Assembly (NCBI GenBank): GCA_038217285.1
Contig: JBBQPO010000190.1
Span: forward strand, 1 to 11,960
Origin: Chthonomonadales bacterium
GTDB lineage: Bacteria > Armatimonadota > Chthonomonadetes > Chthonomonadales > Chthonomonadaceae
DNA length: 11,960 nucleotides
Direction: 5' to 3'
Of the stretch, positions 8,315-11,960 are shown piece after piece (within the stretch, counting starts at the first letter, position 1; every line of letters starts with the position of its first letter). The position numbers were made by a program, and so were the translations under genes. A model generated the notes under the pieces. It was not told the origin of the DNA, did no database searches, and was given only the letters and a program-made list of their open reading frames with translations.

Positions 8315-8800
8315 ATGGAACCTGAATTCGAAGAAGTCGATACCACTGTACCAAAACGCCGCAGGAAGAAGGGGCCTCTTGAAGCTTATGATATCCCGAT
8401 CAGTCTCGCCGTAAGCGACTATCCCACGAGTGGGCTCATCGGGGAACGAACGAAGCGGCCCGGCGGCTCACCGCGGCCTGCCACTTTGAAAGCGCAAGTT
8501 ACGGTTAAGATTTTGGACGCCGTGCCGGCTTCCGTCGACAAAGATGTCGCCTTTCTCTTAACAGGATATATGGTGAAAAACGGCAACCTGATCCCGCATA
8601 GTAATCTCCTTGATGGGCTCAAAACAGATCCGACAGGGAAGATCCAAAACAGTAACGAAGGCTTTATTCTCGTGGAAATAAATTGGCAGCACATTAACCC
8701 TGGAACATACTACGTGCGGGCCGAAGTTACCGTACTAGCCACCGATACGGGTAAGTCTTTTGCGCGCTACGAAGAGATCTTTATTCGCTTCGAGAAATAG
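8315..8800 (+). CDS. Hypothetical 161-aa protein, beta-rich (possible Ig-like sandwich) with basic N-terminal patch
   Basis: GAGGAG RBS; 48 bp after the STAND gene on the same strand; PGTYYVRAEVTV strand motif; no signal peptide. Confidence 0.75.
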   Translation: MEPEFEEVDTTVPKRRRKKGPLEAYDIPISLAVSDYPTSGLIGERTKRPGGSPRPATLKAQVTVKILDAVPASVDKDVAFLLTGYMVKNGNLIPHSNLLDGLKTDPTGKIQNSNEGFILVEINWQHINPGTYYVRAEVTVLATDTGKSFARYEEIFIRFEK

Positions 8801-8903
8801 CGAGATCCAGATGCGCCGGAGGCACATTAACCGCCCCGGCGCTCATTCTTTTTCCGATAGTATCCGTTCCATTGTGTATGGAGTCAGGAGAGGGAAATCT
8901 ACT

Positions 8904-10943
8904 ATGCACAACAAAGTCCCGGAACTCGTCCGGTCCGACCCGACGCTGCAGCCCTACGAAGGCGCAATTCGGCAGCGTCGAGATCGTTACGTGTCTGCGT
9001 TGGCGGGTATTAATGCGCAGGGCGGGCTGCTCGGCCCAATCAGTCAGGGGCACGACTACTTCGGTTTCCATCGAGGAGAGCGGGAGGGGCAGCCCGGCGT
9101 CTGGTATCGCGAATGGGCGCCCGCCGCGCATCGGCTTTTCCTGGCTGGCGACTTCAACGGATGGGACCGGGGCAGGCATCCCCTTGATCGCGGTGACGAG
9201 GGCGTCTGGACCCTGTTCGTGCCGGACATCGACGGCGTGAATCCGCTGGCGCACGGCAGTCTGGTGAAGGTGCATATCCTCTCCGACGTCGGCACGATGG
9301 ACCGCATTCCCCTCTACGCCCGCCGCGTCGTGCAGGATCCGCAGAGCAAAGACTTCACCGCACAGATCTGGATGCCGCCTACGCCGTATCGATTCGAGCA
9401 TGCGCCGCCTCGCCTGGAACATGGACTGCGTATCTACGAGGCGCATGTCGGCATGGCGACCGAAGCCTATCGGATCGGGACGTTTGCGGAGTTCACGGCC
9501 GACATCGTTCCAAAGGTGAAGGCGCTGGGTTACAACGCGATCCAGTTGATGGCCGTGATGGAGCACCCGTACTACGCCTCGTTCGGCTACCATGTCAGTA
9601 ACTTCTTCGCGGTCTCCTCGCGTTTCGGCACACCCGAGGAGCTGAAGCTGCTGATCGATACCGCCCACGCCGCCGGTCTGCTGGTGTTGATGGACCTTGT
9701 CCATAGCCACGCGGTGAAGAATACTCAGGAGGGCCTCGACCTGTTCGACGGAACCTCCTATCAGTTCTTCCATGCGGGCGCGCAGGGAGATCATCTCCAG
9801 TGGGACTCGAAGCTGTTCGACTACGCCAAACCGCAAGTGCAGCATTTCCTCCTGAGCAATATCCGCTACTGGCTGGAGGAGTATCGTTTCGACGGGCTGC
9901 GCCTGGACGGCGTCACCAGCATGCTCTATCGGGATCACGGCATCGCCAGGGTCTTTGCGAGTTACGACGACTACTTCGGGGCCAATGTGGACGGGGACGC
10001 CCTGCTCTATCTCCAGTTGGCCAACGCCCTCACCCATGCCGTACGCGCCGAGGCTCTGACCATTGCCGAGGATGTCTCCGGGATGCCCGGCCTGGCGCGT
10101 CCCGCTTCCGAAGGCGGACTGGGTTTCGACTACCGACTCAACATGGGCGTGCCAGACTACTGGGTCGAGTTGGTGAAGGAGAAGTCGGACGAGCAGTGGC
10201 CGCTGGGCGCGATCTACGCCCGACTGCTGGACCGGCGACATGGCGAGAAGCATGTCGGCTATGTCGAAAGCCACGACCAGGCCCTCGTCGGGGACCAGAC
10301 CCTCCTCTTTCGCATGCTGGGCGCGGAGATGTACGCGAACATGCACCGGGTGAGCGCCAGTATCGTCGTTGACCGGGGCATCGCCCTGGCGAAGATGATC
10401 CGCCTGCTGACGTTCAGCCTGGCCGGAGAGGCGTACCTCAACTTTATGGGCAACGAGTTCGGCCATCCGGAGTGGATCGATTTCCCGCGCGCAGGCAACC
10501 ACGAATCGTTTCAGCACGCGCGCCGACTCTGGTCGCTCGCGCAGAACGACACGCTGCGTTACGGCGACTTGCAGCGCTTCGACACGGCGATGCTGGCCCT
10601 GGACACCCATTACAATCTCTTGCTCGATCCGTTTATCGAGCAGTTGGCTCTGCACGAGGAGGCCCGCCTGTTAGCCTACCGCCGGGGGCCACTGGTTTTC
10701 GTCTACAACTTCCACCCGACCGCCTCCTACACCGACATGCGCCTTCCCGTCCCGGATGCCGCCGACTATGAGGTCGTCCTGAACACCGACGATAACCAGT
10801 TCTCCGGACACGGCCGCAGTGGAAGCGATCCGGTCCGCTACCCGCTGCAGTCTGTCCCGATGTATGGCCGGGAGCAGAGCATCCAGATCTACCTTCCCAG
10901 TCGCAGCGCTCAAGTGCTCGCTCCCCGCAGCAGAATTACCTGA
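8904..10943 (+). CDS. glgB: 1,4-alpha-glucan branching enzyme, GH13_8 (eukaryote/Bacteroidota-type), 679 aa
   Basis: Start MHNKVP at 8904 with purine-rich RBS. Motifs YREWAP, IYEAHVGMA, MEHPYYASFGYHV, DLVHSHA, FDGLRLDGVTSMLY, IAEDVSG, ESHDQALVGD and FMGNEFGHPEWIDFPR. Confidence 0.95.
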   Translation: MHNKVPELVRSDPTLQPYEGAIRQRRDRYVSALAGINAQGGLLGPISQGHDYFGFHRGEREGQPGVWYREWAPAAHRLFLAGDFNGWDRGRHPLDRGDEGVWTLFVPDIDGVNPLAHGSLVKVHILSDVGTMDRIPLYARRVVQDPQSKDFTAQIWMPPTPYRFEHAPPRLEHGLRIYEAHVGMATEAYRIGTFAEFTADIVPKVKALGYNAIQLMAVMEHPYYASFGYHVSNFFAVSSRFGTPEELKLLIDTAHAAGLLVLMDLVHSHAVKNTQEGLDLFDGTSYQFFHAGAQGDHLQWDSKLFDYAKPQVQHFLLSNIRYWLEEYRFDGLRLDGVTSMLYRDHGIARVFASYDDYFGANVDGDALLYLQLANALTHAVRAEALTIAEDVSGMPGLARPASEGGLGFDYRLNMGVPDYWVELVKEKSDEQWPLGAIYARLLDRRHGEKHVGYVESHDQALVGDQTLLFRMLGAEMYANMHRVSASIVVDRGIALAKMIRLLTFSLAGEAYLNFMGNEFGHPEWIDFPRAGNHESFQHARRLWSLAQNDTLRYGDLQRFDTAMLALDTHYNLLLDPFIEQLALHEEARLLAYRRGPLVFVYNFHPTASYTDMRLPVPDAADYEVVLNTDDNQFSGHGRSGSDPVRYPLQSVPMYGREQSIQIYLPSRSAQVLAPRSRIT

Positions 10944-11055
10944 CATGTCCGCAAGAGGAGTCGTTTCCGGGGTAACCTTTCGAGGGAGCGATTCGTCCAA
11001 CTCTTGCACAAAGGTGGGAATAAGCGATTAGGATAATCGGGCCGGAGGAGGCGAG

Positions 11056-11736
11056 ATGACGCGAAAAGAAGCGGTAGGCTGGATGCTGGGCGGGGGGCTG
11101 CTGTGCCTCGCGTTTTCGGTTTCCGCAACAGCGAAGCAGGCGAAGCCGGATACGAAGAAGCAGGAGGCGCTGAACAAGGCGCTGATTCATGCGGTGCGCA
11201 CACACGATGTGAAGACCGTTCGCGCGCTGCTCGCTCAGGGTGCAGATGCAAACGCGCCGGACAGAGACGCCAAACCGGATCGAAGTGGAGCCCTGCGTCT
11301 GCCCTCCGAAAAACGGGTACCGACGCCGCTGTTGATCGTCTTCGAGGACGCTGTCCTCTCTACCAAATGGGCCCATGACGAACTGAAGACCCGGCGACGG
11401 CCCGACCCGGCAGACACCGTGAAAGCGCTGCTGGACAAGGGGGCCGACCCGAACGTGCTGAGTTACGATGGCAGATCCCCGCTGCTGTTTGCGGCCCAGA
11501 ACAAGTATGCCGCCTCGGCTCGCCTGCTCCTGGAGCATGGCGCCAATGTCAACCAGACCTGGGTTCATGGGATCACGCCCCTGGGCATCGCCGCCGGAAA
11601 TAAGGACGTCCCCACCGTCAAAATCCTCGTGGCAAACGGAGCCGATAGGACGGCACAATCCGCCTTCGACAACCCCGCGCATCCGCTGGACGAAGAGGTG
11701 CGAAAACTCCTCCAACAACCGAAAGAACAAAAATAG
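11056..11736 (+). CDS. Secreted ankyrin-repeat protein
   Basis: GGAGGAG RBS; signal peptide; repeats ALIHAV..VRALLAQGADAN, VKALLDKGADPN, GRSPLLFAA..LLLEHGANVN and GITPLGIAA..ILVANGAD. Confidence 0.9.
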   Translation: MTRKEAVGWMLGGGLLCLAFSVSATAKQAKPDTKKQEALNKALIHAVRTHDVKTVRALLAQGADANAPDRDAKPDRSGALRLPSEKRVPTPLLIVFEDAVLSTKWAHDELKTRRRPDPADTVKALLDKGADPNVLSYDGRSPLLFAAQNKYAASARLLLEHGANVNQTWVHGITPLGIAAGNKDVPTVKILVANGADRTAQSAFDNPAHPLDEEVRKLLQQPKEQK

Positions 11737-11821
11737 GCCGCATCGCGGCTTCTGACACCGCATGACTGACGCCCCGCACCGAAGCTACCGCCAGAATGCT
11801 GCACTCTCTGCTTGATTCATG

Positions 11822-11960
11822 GTTACTGTCTAGCCTGGAGCGACAGGCTCGGGCGATCCCCGAAAGACGCCTTCCAGAGCGGTCAGGATATTCTTGCCCT
11901 GTTTGCGTAATGTCGAGAGATAACTGCGCAGACGACAGAAACCCTCGGCACCCGGCAAGG
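11822..11960 (-). mobile_element. Right end of an IS66-family element
   Basis: GTTACTGTCTAGC (11822-11834) overlaps the transposase stop and resembles the GTAA-initiated IS66 terminal inverted repeat with a third-position mismatch. Confidence 0.7.
11830..11958 (-). CDS. C-terminus of IS66-family (ISBst12-like) transposase, partial at window edge
   Basis: Own translation: LPGAEGFCRLRSYLSTLRKQGKNILTALEGVFRGSPEPVAPG*, matching the GA..FCR.RSY.ST.RKQG signature. Confidence 0.85.
   Translation of the reverse strand: MPGAEGFCRLRSYLSTLRKQGKNILTALEGVFRGSPEPVAPG

Noticed and set aside
8760-8903. N-terminal extension of glgB from 8760
   Set aside because: Overlaps the upstream gene; homology and RBS point to ATG 8904.
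8781-11763. Minus-strand ORFs 8781-10655 and 10936-11763
   Set aside because: Antisense shadows of glgB and the ankyrin gene.

Overview
GC-rich bacterial window, probably Armatimonadota-like; this is inferred from the PEP-CTERM tail style and gene content, not proven. Left to right: (1) a putative mobile-element end with hairpins and two 16-bp direct repeats, apparently truncating a low-GC gene that ends in a CxxC...CxxC HNH-like domain; (2) an orphan 3' half of hslV at an abrupt GC step, possibly an island integration scar; (3) a nitroreductase; (4) a PEP-CTERM six-bladed NHL propeller behind a long structured leader; (5) a secreted CBM + GH20-like glycoside hydrolase; (6) a class III cyclase-STAND NTPase-TPR protein whose TPR end and downstream 161-aa orphan gene form a low-GC block; (7) a eukaryote-type GH13_8 branching enzyme; (8) a secreted ankyrin protein; (9) the 3' end of an IS66-family transposase absent from the ORF track. 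Best candidates for new biology are the cyclase-STAND-TPR/small partner module, the hslV-targeted island and the PEP-CTERM leader RNA. All family calls are from motif recognition by eye.
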